Source: Podarcis erhardii (Eukaryota). From it: a stretch of 64,000 bases of DNA. The position numbers were made by a program, and so were the translations under genes. Where the stretch lies: NCBI GenBank assembly GCA_964252035.1, contig OZ176202.1, one strand, 5' to 3'. This document shows positions 27,501 through 38,900 of this stretch, in pieces; within the stretch, counting starts at the first letter, position 1; each line of letters opens with the position of its first letter. The notes beneath the pieces are model-generated. The model was not told where the DNA came from. It did not search any database and saw nothing but the letters and a program-made list of their open reading frames with translations.

Positions 27501-30500
27501 CACCTTCAAGCTATTAATATGCTTAGAACATCAGTGTCATTATTTGTCAAAATATTTCTAACTTGCTCTATTAGCAGTTGATCTCAGGTTGGAATATACC
27601 TGTAAAACAATCAATAAAACAATCCTTGAAATTCAAAAACCATAAAGCACTAGTTATATTCAATACAAAGTCTAAAATGCTTGACACCAACAAACAGCAC
27701 AAGCAATGCTGAACTACTCTCAAATGCTGAACTACTCTCAAAATGGCCCAAAAGTCAAAGAAAAAAGTAAGGTTTTAATTTGTGCCAATTTATAGTCAAT
27801 ATTAGTGTCAGGAAGGCGGGGATTCCATAATTGGAGCACCACAACAGAAAAGGATCTCTCCTGCATCTCCACAGCTTCCAGGGGAGGGGCGCACAAGAGA
27901 GTACCCCATCCAACCTAGCAAATGTTAATTCTCAGGGAGAAATATATGGAGAGGGACCACCTTTCAAGTACTGAGGTCCCAAGCCATTTAGCACTCTAAA
28001 TTAACACATTGAAAGCAGACAGGAAGCATTTGGCAGTCAATGTAATTTCTTTATGACCAGCCGTAGATGGATTATATGAGAGACTCCCAATGGCAATCTT
28101 GCTGCTGGCTTCTGTCCCTTTTATGTCATTTTCAAGAGCAGCCCCATGTAGAGCACACTGCAGTAATCTAACTGCAAAGTTACAAAAGCAGACACCCTTA
28201 TGACTAGACTGCTTCTGTCTAGCAACAGTCAACTGGCAGGTCAGTCAAAATTTGCCGAAACTGCTCCAAGCCACCAAAGCTCTTAAGCTTTGAGTGGCAA
28301 GATTGAATACAGAGTACTCCCAGCCTACATTCTTGTTCCTTCAGGGTTGCAGTCCCATCTAGACCAAGTTGATCACCTAATTTCTGGAATCAAAACACAC
28401 CAATCCACTGAGCCTCCATCTTGTCAGGATGCAGTTCCAGTTTACTGGCCCTCATCCAGTCCATAACGGCAGGCATATGGCTATAGACATCCAGTACTTG
28501 CACAACCTCACCTGACTCAGATGTCATTAAATATTTTTTATTAAGGATTTTCTTGTTTTACAGAAACACAGCTGGCTATTATCATCATCATACAGCACAC
28601 CATAATCAGCACACCAGCTCCAAAAACTCCAGTGACCTCTCTCAATGGCTTCATAAAGTTGTTAAATAGCACAGGGGGCAGAATAGAACCCTGTGGTCTC
28701 CCACAGCTTGTCATGGAGCAGAGCAGAAGTTCGTCAATACTACATTATGGAACCTATCCTATAAGTAGGAATAGAACCATGATAGTACCATGCCCCAAAC
28801 ATCTATCCCACAGAGATGATACGTGCCATGACAGGCAAGGGTTGAGAGCACCTGTAGTTGGTTGGATTCACTGATTCAATCGTCTCATCCACTTCCTCAG
28901 AAAACACCAACCAAAGCTGATTCCAAGATACCTGAACAGACAGTACACTGGACAGCTCCACAGATATTGCAACTTGACACTATAGTTGGGACAATAGGAT
29001 ACAAGCAACTTTTTCTTCCAAGTGTTTAACAAATTTATCACAGCGAATACCCAGGGATCCAATCCACTTCCTTCTAAGTCTGACTACAACAGACACTTTA
29101 CTACTTAGAACCACTCTGCTGGATGATACTGCAATGGATGAAGCAAAATAAGTCCTTTAGCACTGTGCTCAGTCATACTCAATGAGGGATCTCCACCATC
29201 AAACCAATCTAATGAGGAAATGGTCTCTCCATAACAACAGTGTTAATGGACAACCATCTCCGCAAGAGTTTGGATCCCAGCAGAAAGGAGATTCTATCTT
29301 GTATCCCCACCTTAGAAGACCAGGGGTGGGCATAGAAGAGCTTCTGAAGAGAAGATCACTTGGGAGTGAGTGGGCAGAGCTCCAGGGTTGTTGTGAGGAC
29401 CTCTGTGATAAATTTTGCACAATAAAAAATGTTACATAAATAAACAGCAATATGCTTACAATACCATACCATTCTGCAAAAACAATTTCAAACCAGAACT
29501 TTAAAAACCATACCAACATGAAAGGGACTCAGCTTAGCATATCACTACATGCTAAGCCACACTAGAAGAACAGAGTGTAATGCACATCACTTCAGAGAAG
29601 GAAGGTGACTACCTTTTACAAAATATCAAATTCATCAGTCTCAACCAATTTATTTTTAGAAACCAGCTATTATCATCAGGATCCTCTGAAGAGAATAACT
29701 GAAAGCAGCTTATCTAGCCTACCAACACACATTTTTCAGTAAAGTAAGTACCAGCTGAAGAATACTTTATTTTATTTTTACCCTGAAAGTTTAAAGTGAT
29801 GTGCCTAAGGGAAACCTATTTTAACTCTATGTACATATTAGTTAAAACATTTGTTTGGCTCTTTTAAATTCAGAATACAACTTCAAAGGAAATACATTAC
29901 TGAGGCTTATAATATTATGAATAAAACAAACATTGAGAAAATGTTCACTTTGTTCATAATACAACTGAGGGTCATTCGATAAAGCTGACTGGCAGTAGGT
30001 TCAGGACAAAGGCACTTTTTCACATATCATACGAATGACCTATGGATTCACCACAAGATTTAGTTCTGGGCAGAAGTTAAAAATGGTTCACTGTGACTAC
30101 CAGGTTGACTCTCATTATCATAAGCTGAGGAAAAACAGCTCTGCATTAAAAAGACTTCCAAGGCTTGTGTTAGGGTCACTCTCCACTCATGTGCCCAGCT
30201 GTGACCAAACACAAACCGAGATACACTCAACTGGGACCTTTAACTGCGCACTGCAGGAAAAGGTTGGTAATGGGAGGCATGCTATCTTCCAGCTGTTTCC
30301 CTTTATCACTTATTTCATTGAAGAACTACTCTGGTGTTCTTCAGAAGTCTATAGACATAGATCTAAAAGCACCATTGCAATGGAGCAAATGTACTTTTGA
30401 TATTCATTTGCAGCAGAATGGAAAAAAATATTTCCTCAAGGTAACACTCTGTTGTAAGGATATCACATTTCCCTGGCACTTTCAAAACACAAGGTTTTAT

Positions 30501-33500
30501 AAAAACCATTTCCATACAGCTCTATAACAGAAAATGACAGCTGATGAGTGACCTAACTGCTGCCTATTCTATGCACTCTGTTTTCTGAATTTCTTGCAGG
30601 TGGTCATTAAGATATCCTGGACCTAACTTGTTCATGGCTTTGCAAATAATAATATGAAGATTAACATACAATTTGAAAAACAATGTACTAATCTATAAAA
30701 TATTAATAGTATTTCAATACCATAGGAAATAACTTTTATTAACAAAGGCTTTGTGAGTCTTCTTCAAAAGAAAGGTATAAATTTATTTGTAATAACTTAG
30801 CTTCATTGGGATACACTCAGTGATGGCTCTGCAGTAGCAGAAAGCACTTTTGCAATGCAGGATACCTGATTTTCTTTTATTCTCCATACTTACTGCAGAC
30901 CCTAGGAGCCCCCTAAAAGCTGCTCATGGTATGGGGGACCTTCTGGAATAATATGAGACATGTTATAGAAAGATCCAGCAGATACAAGCATTTAGCAAAA
31001 AGAAATTACCTTCCACAAGTGAGAAGCCAACACTTAACACAAACTGCAGTGTTAACTTGGAATATATAGAATTCTGATGCAAGAATACTTGGGGAAAAGC
31101 AAAAAAGATAACATGATGATCTCACTATGTCCTGAGCACAGTTGACTTCTACAGTCAGAGTATTGGGCTTCTTATTAAAAAAATGACAAAAGGAGAGGAA
31201 CATTATAAGCTAGCTTTAAAAATGAACTAGTATGCTGAAGTCACATTATAAATTGATGACAATCACTTGTTCAGACAAGAGTAAGTTCACATTACTATAG
31301 AATAACTAGGATTTCAAGAGTGGACCAGTTTCTAAGTTCTATCTTAAAGCCTAATGTTACTAAATAATGGCATTGCAGCTTACTAGACAGATGATCTTTT
31401 GCAATACATGGTCTGGAACTTCAAACGTACCTGAGGTTTCAAAAACACTTTTTTCACAGAGAATCCCAGGATGACTCTCTGGTCTCTTCAGTTAAAAGGG
31501 ATTGGGAGCAGCAGGTAATGTTAAAGACTATCAACCTGAAACTCTGGAGAGAGACTGCCAGTCAGAGTAGACAATACTAGGCTAGACAAAGAAATAGTCT
31601 AACCTGGTATAAGGCAGACTACCAACATTTATTTTTAGCATAGTCCTATTAGAAACAGAGCTGAAAACTTATCAGGTTAACAGGGTTAAAATGGTACCAA
31701 CATTAGAGTCTATTTTGTATTGTTTTTGTTTTGCTTTATATATGTCTGCCTCATGTTTTTATTGTACATCACCTTGAAACAACTGTATAGAAAGTGATTA
31801 ATAAACTGATGATGATAAGAAGAACATTAACCCCAATATTTGAAACTATTAAGATAGGGATGGGGAACTTTTTTTTGGCCACATTCCCTCTTTTCTGAGG
31901 GCCAAGACAAATGTGGGCATGTACCACACATGCAGACTCTCACTCTTCACACCCCAAGCATCTGCCTTGGAGACTGCAGCTCCATAAAGCCTCCTCATGC
32001 AGCTCAAAAAGAGCCTCCTCATACACGACTGCCTATAGAAGGCTTTGTTCTATCCCAGGGGTGACCAACTCCCAAGAGACTGCGATCTACTTACAGTGGT
32101 ACCTCAGGTTACATATGCTTCAGGTTACAGACTCCGCTAACCCAGAAATAGTGCTTCAGGTTAAGAACTTTGCTTCAGGATGAGAACAGAAATCGTGCTC
32201 CGGCGGCGCGGCGGCAGCAGGAGGCCCCATTAGCTAAAGTGGTGCTTCAGGTTAAGAACAGTTTCAGGTTAAGAACAGACCTCCGGAACGAATTAAGTAC
32301 TTAACCCAAGGTACCACTGTACAGAGTTAGAGACTCTACCCCCTTTTTGGGGTTCAGGTCAAAGTTGTTAAGCTTTTTTTTAGAGAGGAGGAAAGCCCTG
32401 TTTGGAGGGGTGCAGGGCAAAAATACTGAGCTTTTTTTAGGGGAGCCAAACTTGTTATGCTTCTTTGGGGGGAGCCAGTGATCTACCAGTGATCCACCAC
32501 AGACGTCCAGTGATCTACCAGTAGATCACAAACTGCCTGTTGGACATGCCTGTTCTATCCTGATTGCTGTAGGGGAGAGGGAATGCTGCAGTTGTGATCA
32601 GGAGGAGCAGCTGACCACATCCAGTCCATGGGCTCCCTGTTCTTCATCCTTTTTATTAAGATATGAACTTCATTATATGTGCACTGTAAACAATTCTGAA
32701 TCCTATACCTGCTTATAAGTCCTTAAACATAAGTGTTATAAGAATTAGTGAGTGGGAAAATTAGAGCGAGAAATGGGAAGGAGTCTACTGTACTGTGGCC
32801 CAGCTCCAACGCCTTAATCTTAGTTAATGATCATCTAAATCTCTGCAGCCCTAACTTATTTTGTCTGTCCTCTAAAGAGATCTAGAAGACTTATTCTGGT
32901 GAAATATGAAGATTTTCTACCTGAAGAAATAAAACAGACTGCCAATGTTTCTTATGGGCATGGTCCTATTCTGGATGAAATTTTCTGCACCATAGTAAAA
33001 TCCTGGAATTGTGTGTTATTCAGACTTAACCTATACAGCATTGCTCTACAACTGTTACTGAATGATAATAATCAGACTGATACATTTTATTCTAATATGC
33101 TCATACCCATGCCTGCTACTACTTACTATCGTATGTACTTGATTTTTTGCATGTTGTTTGTAGCCACTGTCTTGTCCATAATAGTACTTATAATTTGGAT
33201 TTAGCAGCCCAATACTATAAAGTTGTGAGAGATAGTTATTTGTTCCATCTAACAAAATATAATATTTCTTCCATAGCATACTGCAATTACTGTAATAATA
33301 CAGGCTTAATTAACAATGTAAATCAATGAATAAATTGTAACAACAGCTCCTGAAAAAAGATGGAAACAAGTTTATAACAAAATGCTTATTACAAACTACA
33401 TTTGCACTACGTATTTTTCTCGTATTTTACCACTGCTTACACCATGTTGGCCTGGGCTTATGAGATTTTGGATTTAACTGTCTGGTGGGCCACAGGTTCC

Positions 33501-35040
33501 CAGCCCTGCCCTACACCTTGATTTTTGTAGTGTGCTCACACAGACTTGTGACTTAAGTATTTCCTTGTCCCTGCTCTGTCCACATTTCATGCCCAAAAAA
33601 TATAATATCGAATCTTACACTCTAACAGCAAAGTATAAAATTTGAGAGCTGGTGCATTTGAAAAAGAGACAATGTGTTTGAGAGAAGACATAGGTAATTT
33701 CCAATTCCGGGTTAGAATTAAAGTGGGTCACAGGTCTGGAAAAAATGAAGACCACTCTGATACAGAGCATGTATATACAGAAGATGAGACCTTTTGCATT
33801 CAAAGCATGCTCTACCACTGAGCCAGTGAGGTCATGGGTCATGTTTGAATCGCACATTACCATGTCAAGGTAAAGGGACCCCTGACCATTAGGTCCAGTC
33901 GTGACCGACTCTGGGGTTGCGGTGCTCATCTCGCTTTATTGGCCGAGGGAGCCGGCGTACAGCCTCCGGATCATGTGGCCAGCATGACTAAGCTGCTTCT
34001 GGCGAACCAGAGCAGCCGTTTATCTTCCCGTCGGAGGGGTACCTATTTATCTACTTGCACTCTGACGTGCTTTCTAACTGCTAGATTGGCAGGAGCTGGG
34101 ACTGAGCAACAGGAGCTCACCCCGCCGCAGGGATTCGAACCGCCGACCTTCTGATCGGCAAGTCCTAGGCTCTGTGGTTTAACCCACAGCGCCATGTAAC
34201 ATTTAAAAGTTCGGAATCCAAAGAGACTCCAAATCTGTAGATATTTGATTTCTGAAAGTCTATACCCAGATTTATCAGAAGCTGGGTTTTCAGCACATTG
34301 TTCTGCCACACCCCCTAACATTACTTCCTACTACACTGAGCTTAATTTTTAGCCGGTCACCAAAACCTAATAACTGTTGCCTACAAGGAAGAGCCATAGA
34401 CGAACATCCTTGCTCCCTCCTTGACGGCAAGGTCAAGGCATAGCCAAGACGCTATGCACGAGTTGATGGAGGCGCCTGTGTCCTCACAGTATGGGGCAGG
34501 TGACACTGCTTTGCCTTGGAAGTTGGGGGAGGGGGGTTCGCCATTTATTCCCATTTCAGAGATAGGAAACTGAGGGTGTGACCATGATTTGCTTCCTCCT
34601 AATGCCTCTGAAGGGAGAAAGAGAGAGGGGAAACCTGAGCGTCTCCTCCGTCCCGTTCCCCGGAAGAGAGCCCACAGCGGGCGGGAGGGCAGCTATTCTC
34701 TCCCGCTCCACAAATTCACCTCGAGCTTGTGGTTGATCTGGTAGACGGTCTGCGCTTTGTGGCAGAGCTGCGCGAAACAGGAGCTGAGGCTGGTCATCTT
34801 CTGCCTCCCCTCGTAGGTGATGTCCGCCTGGTCGGGGTCGATCTCGCCCAGCAGCAAGTCCACGTCCACGAACGCCTTGTCGAACTCCTTCTCCAGGACC
34901 TCCAGCCAGCGGAACATCGACAGGCCGCCGCCTCCACCGGGAGACGACGACGAGGAGGAGGAGGAGGCCGCCGCCCCCGCTCCGCCGCCACAGGCCCCTG
35001 AGCCCGACCCCCCGCAGGAGCCCACTCCCACGCCAGACAT
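15474..35040 (-). CDS. GOPC: GOPC (PIST/CAL/FIG), Golgi-associated PDZ and coiled-coil protein; join of 9 exons, 1407 nt, 468 aa with the microexon, 460 aa without
   Basis: [27 protein letters not shown], coiled coils and PDZ domain ([45 protein letters not shown]). All introns are GT-AG and the frame is continuous to TAA. Confidence 0.97.
16372..16552 (-). CDS. GOPC: GOPC exon 8 (181 nt, [40 protein letters not shown])
   Basis: Acceptor tattctAG, donor GTAAAT; overlaps ORF 16337..16528. Confidence 0.95.
17155..17347 (-). mobile_element. tRNA-derived SINE with CR1-like tail (Squam3-like)
   Basis: Reverse strand reads ...cagtgtagacaaggctgagctagatggaccagtagtttgacttggtgtaaggcagcttcctatgtttcta, with a degraded head. 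Family name from recall. Confidence 0.6.
17529..17693 (-). CDS. GOPC: GOPC exon 7 (165 nt, PDZ core)
   Basis: [55 protein letters not shown]; AG/GT boundaries. Confidence 0.96.
18065..18160 (-). CDS. GOPC: GOPC exon 6 (96 nt)
   Basis: [32 protein letters not shown]; poly-T tract plus AG, donor GTAATA. Confidence 0.95.
19208..19427. mobile_element. Tc1/mariner-pogo-type MITE, family B
   Basis: TIRs CAGTTGTACCTTGG / CCAAGGTACGACTG; TA at 19206-07 and 19428-29. Confidence 0.82.
19694..19859 (-). CDS. GOPC: GOPC exon 5 (166 nt)
   Basis: [55 protein letters not shown]; donor GTAAGC. Confidence 0.96.
20800..20975 (-). CDS. GOPC: GOPC exon 4 (176 nt)
   Basis: [59 protein letters not shown]; acceptor cgccAG, donor GTGTGT. 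Confidence 0.96.
21767..22260 (-). mobile_element. L2 LINE 3' end with (ATT)n tail
   Basis: ORF2 C-terminal motif [30 protein letters not shown]; 3'UTR gtaccccacccatctggctgggtttccccagccactctgggc; (AAT)n microsatellite tail. Confidence 0.88.
23035..23058 (-). CDS. GOPC: GOPC 24-nt alternative microexon (SAPSVEDM)
   Basis: TCTGCCCCTTCTGTGGAGGATATG flanked by ctaaactttttttctctcatcctaAG and GTAAGT; phase 0/0; corresponds to the recalled mammalian 8-aa insert SGPSVEEL. Confidence 0.88.
23735..23815 (+). mobile_element. CR1-type 3' tail fragment
   Basis: ccactgtgtgggaataggatgttggaccagataggcttttggtctgattcagcagggctct; approximate boundaries. Confidence 0.5.
25135..25299 (-). CDS. GOPC: GOPC exon 2 (165 nt)
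   Basis: [55 protein letters not shown]; acceptor ttccAG, donor GTGAGT. Confidence 0.96.
25896..26210. mobile_element. Tc1/mariner-pogo-type MITE, family C
   Basis: TIRs CAGTGGTGCCTCGCAAGAC / GTCTTGCGGGGCACCACTG, TA flanks, repeated gtcttgcga motifs. Confidence 0.85.
26381..26516. mobile_element. hAT-type fold-back MITE (136 bp)
   Basis: TIR CAGGCTTCCTCAAA / TTTGAGGAAGCCTG; perfect 8-bp TSD GTCTACAA (26373-80, 26517-24). Confidence 0.88.
27800..28950 (-). mobile_element. Degraded L2 LINE including reverse-transcriptase motif
   Basis: The - strand at ~28696-28634 reads [21 protein letters not shown] (RT GxPQGS motif); decayed C-terminal L2 motifs at 28.0-28.2 kb. Boundaries approximate. Confidence 0.7.
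31490..31625 (+). mobile_element. Squam3-like SINE / CR1 tail fragment
   Basis: gagactgccagtcagagtagacaatactaggctagac...ctggtataaggcag resembles the 17155 element in the opposite orientation. Confidence 0.45.
32056..32552. mobile_element. hAT-type non-autonomous element hosting a nested MITE
   Basis: 8-bp TSD TTCTATCC (32048-55, 32553-60); imperfect TIRs CAGGGGTGACCAAC / GTTGGACATGCCTG. Confidence 0.8.
32094..32319. mobile_element. Tc1/mariner-pogo-type MITE, family A copy 2 (inverted relative to copies 1 and 3)
   Basis: CAGTGGTACCTC...GGTACCACTG with TA flanks at 32092-93 and 32320-21. Confidence 0.88.
33867..34194 (-). mobile_element. Sauria (Squam1) SINE
   Basis: Pol III box B GGTTCGAATCC (34141-34131), box A-like TGGCGCTGTGGG at the 5' end, body matching the recalled lacertid Sauria SINE, (CCTTTA) tail. 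Confidence 0.88.
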
Positions 35041-35760
35041 TGTGACCCCTCGGCGGGAGACGCCTCCGCTCTTCCTACGAGCCCTGCCGCGCTAGCGCAC
35101 CGGCGCCCCCAGCCGACCCGCCCTAACCCGGGACGGCCCCCTCCTCCCCTCGGTGCCCGCGAGGCGAGGCGGGATAGGGAAGCGTCGGCCTGAGCTCGAG
35201 AGCGGCGAGGGCGGAACAGCGGCTGAGGGAGAACGAGGGGTGGGGGGGGCGGCTCTCCTGGCGAGGCGGCGCATGCGCGCTAGGGGCGACTTCGCTTCTG
35301 TCACCCGGTAGGGCAACGCAGGAAAACCGCTGCCGAGCAGATCGGCGCTCGGCTTCTTCGGCCTGCCACAACGGAGGCTTCTTCGGCAGTCAGGTCGGTT
35401 GGGCCGAGATTCCCCACAAATCGTCGATCGACGGGTGCTGCTGCTGCTGCTGCTGCTCTCTGCCAGAGGGGGCGCTGCGGCGCAGCTCTACTTCGAGGAC
35501 GGCGCGAGTTTAGCAGGTTCTCATTCGCTTAAAGACGCGAGAAGATCCTTCCTGGATCTTCCTCGACAGGCCTGTCTAGCCTAGCGTCTTGTTTCCCGCA
35601 GCGGCCGGCAATAGCGACCTGCAATGCTGCAGCTTATTGGTCCGTCGGGAGCTCGCATTGACGTTAGGAAGCCGCGCGGGAGAGAGCGCGAGGCGACGGG
35701 GAGGTTTCCTGAGTCCGTTTCTGAGCGCCGCCGTATTCCTAGAAGCTGTGGCTGAGCAAG
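34640..35760. promoter_or_regulatory. CpG island / GOPC promoter and exon 1
   Basis: Abrupt GC- and CpG-rich block against an AT-rich background; NRF1-type palindrome GCGCATGCGC at 35269-35278. Confidence 0.88.
34720..35040 (-). CDS. GOPC: GOPC exon 1 CDS (107 aa)
   Basis: ATG at 35040; Gly/Ser-rich leader, then [16 protein letters not shown]...INHKLE; donor GTGAAT. Confidence 0.95.
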
Positions 35761-36462
35761 GGGGTCTTAATTGGGGGGGGGGGGGGGAGAGCCTTTTTTT
35801 ATTACTAGGAACATCTACCACCCACAGCAAAGGGCTTGGAATTAAGAACAAGGTGCCTTTCTCTGAGCACATTCTGAGCCCAGGCACTTGTTTCCAGTGC
35901 TAGCACTTAACTTGAGGTCTTAACTGAGCTCTTGTGCTCAAAAGTCCATGCCAGGTTAGGTTTTTGTTTTAGTAAGGAAAGGAAGTTTGGTTGATGGAAG
36001 TCAGACACCCTTCCCGATCTACTGCGATCAGCCGGATCTACCTTCTGCCCCCACTACTCGAGCTCTACACAAGTGCAAGCACTGAAGGCGGGATCGGAAG
36101 GAAATACATCATGTTCCCGGGTAAAAAAAAACACAAGGCTATTTTGGCCCTAAAAAGCTCAGTCTCGAGACTAGACGTATGAACTGTTGCAGCATACAAG
36201 AAACATTAAAAAAAAAATGGCATTGTACGACAGTGAAAAAAACCAGTCCCTTACGTGAGCCTTACATTCTAAATGATTAGCGTGGAAAGTTCCCTAAATA
36301 CCTCATAGGCTTGAATAAGGCTTGAAATCCTTTCCATTTGTTGTGTTCAGAGTCACAGTGAATTCGCAGTTTACTAGCCTGTCCCCTAAATAGACCATCC
36401 AAACTTACTTCCATTTGTGCAGGGAGTAACACAGTAGTTAAGAAGTGGGATACAAACAAACC

Positions 36463-36552
36463 TAAAAAAATTCCTTCCAGTAGCACCTTAAAGACCAGCT
36501 AAGTCAGTTCTTGGTATGAGCTTTCTTGTGCATGCACACTTCTTCAGATACA
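36463..36552 (-). mobile_element. Single Penelope-like element end carrying a hammerhead motif (36514..36551, - strand)
   Basis: Same sequence as the arms at 4.0 and 7.9 kb; - strand reads GTAT-CTGAAGA-A-GTGTGCATGCACAA-GAAA-GCTC-ATAC. Confidence 0.7.
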
Positions 36553-37080
36553 CACAAACAAACCTGTTAGCATATCTGCTATGTGGTAATCACATTTTCC
36601 TTCTGCTTGGGCGAATATATTGTGTTATAGCGGGAGCAGAATTGCTTTCCTCCCACCTATCCTCCAAGAATATAACTTGGACAGGTGTGCTAGCATCACA
36701 TATCCTAAAACACTTATTTAAAAATTCCTCCTCTCCACCCATCCGATTTTTACAAACTTGGAAGATTTTTTAAAAGCTTATTTGAAGACTCATCATTTCT
36801 AAGAACAGGAGTTTAGTAATTTAAATAAATGGCAAGAACCAGCAGTGATACTTTCTGTACTGCCAATACCCTATCATTTGGGGAAGAATTTTGTTTGATC
36901 CCTTAAAAAAAAAAAAAACAATAATTAGGCTGCTAAGGATTCCTTCCCTCCACCACTGTGCTGCTTTGTTTGAATACAATGTAACTGCAAAGAGGAATCT
37001 TGGCACCTCCAACCTGTCTGACCAAATTCAGTGTTACTGGCTCTGGATGGAGCTAGCATAATAGACCAGTTATGCGCATG

Positions 37081-37601
37081 CATAGGCGCCGACTCCATGG
37101 GGCCTGAGGGGGCCCGAGCCCCCTCAAAAATTCGTTTGGGGGGGCTCCGCCCCCCAATAATTTAAGAAAACTATTAGTTATATTATGCTTTGTAAAATCA
37201 CAAAATTATGTTGGTATTTTTTATTTTCCTTGTTTGACGATAGTTACCTTTTAAAATACATTCAGTAATGAGTTAAAACAAAGCCACTCCCGATCTAGAG
37301 AGGGGGGGGGGTTGCGGGCTCTCGACCCATCAACAATCTTGCGGGGCTGGCGTCAGCCCTCAGCCCCACGAGAAGCGGGGATTCCCCCTAGCTCATTAAT
37401 ATTCACCGCCCACGGCGGCAGCCAATCAGCTGCCGCAAAGGGCGGGCCCTCACAGGTTCACTTAAGGTTGGGGCAGCCCAGGGCTCGCCCCTTTCGTTCC
37501 CCCAGCAGCAGCGGTTTGGAGGTCTTGGGCCCCCCCAATATTTTTTATAAGTCGGTATGGGCCCCCGCCCCCCCAATATTTTTTATAAGTCGGCGCCCCT
37601 G
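37081..37601. mobile_element. hAT-type non-autonomous DNA transposon (521 bp)
   Basis: TIRs CATAGGCGCCGACT / AGTCGGCGCCCCTG; perfect 8-bp TSD TGCGCATG (37073-80, 37602-09). Confidence 0.88.
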
Positions 37602-38371
37602 TGCGCATGTGTACTCAAAGGCAAATCCCAATATATCAGTGAGGCTTTTTAGCATGTGTGCATATGACTGCAGTCTTAAATAAATGGGAAGGCTTTTAAA
37701 ATTTCTGGAAGGCCTCTATCCCTTTGCTTGTTGGAAGAACCATGGAAAGTAGCAGCTTCCTTTGAATTTTCAGAATGACTTTGTGTATTGAGGAGTGCAG
37801 CATTTGCTCTTGATAAGACAGCAAACTCTTTTTCATCAACAGGCATAGGTAGAAACAGTATAACAAACATTGCCCTGTCATAAATATTATTATCACTGAC
37901 AGGTGTGGTTCATTCAAATACCAGAATCCAAGGACAAATCCCTGTTCAAGTTCGTTTGTTTTTAAGCTGGGAACATACTGCCCATTGAACTTCTTATTTA
38001 CATAACACCTTTTTTGATCCTGCCTTCCTAATTAAATTGTCCAAGATGTCTTACATCCGTAAAACAATAACTTGTAAAACCATCCACATCAAGTAACAAA
38101 CCAGCAATAAAACCAGCAGCAAACACAAACAAGGAAAGTGCAAGAATATAAAGTGAAGGTTCACGTGGTGCATGCAGGACAGCAGAGCAGGTGCACCACA
38201 ATAATGTATTGATTGCAATGTTAAGAACTGGAAACCTTTGTTGAAAAAAATAAATCACAGAATCATTGTGGGTAGAAATAGCCAGCCAAAAAAGCAATAT
38301 AGGAGGAAGGAAATATCACCACCTCTACTCAAATTCTGATGCTTATCTTGAGGTAAAGAAATTAGAATTAG

Positions 38372-38900
38372 TTGAAGAGAAAAAGGGTAATAATGGGTGG
38401 CCTCAATTATCCTCACATTAACTGGTACATTCAGGCCAACATAAACAACATTTCAAGATGTAATAAATTAGTCAAAGAGCCTACAGGAGAGGAGGTGGGT
38501 ACATATTTAATACTGCGTGGTAGCCTGGATCTGATTAGCACTTTATTTGTTGCTGAATGGTATATATGGAAACCACCTTAAAGAGCTTGAAGTCACATTC
38601 ATTTTAGACAAGGAAACCTGACAAAGCCTAGGGCATTATTTTAAAACCAAGTTATAGGCGGGAGTCCCTTCAGGAAATTTGGAGCATGTATGCAGGCTCA
38701 TGAGAATGCCATTGTAGTTAAGGAAGAGCAGTGTTGAAGAAGCCACACAAGACAAAAAGGCTTGCATTCAAAAGTCTTGCTCCAATGAGAAAAATAAAAA
38801 GGACAAAACAAATATAAAACTATTAGGCAGGCAAATAAAGTATTCAAGGAGTAATGACTAAATACATAAAAACAGTTTCTTTAAATGCAACAAGAACAAG
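38372..38900 (+). mobile_element. Degraded CR1 LINE (endonuclease region)
   Basis: VIMGGLNYPHINW...KLVKEPTGEEVGTYLIL resembles the CR1 APE motifs VIMGDFNYPDIxW...LVxEPTRGxAxLDLIL. The right boundary is a guess. Confidence 0.55.

Noticed and set aside
29530-29556. Short hairpin GCTTAGCAT...ATGCTAAGC
   Set aside because: A 9-bp stem is within chance expectation for 64 kb, and there is no supporting context.
34120-34194. tRNA gene (box A/box B present)
   Set aside because: It is the tRNA-derived head of a Sauria SINE; no cloverleaf acceptor or anticodon arms, and it continues into the SINE body.
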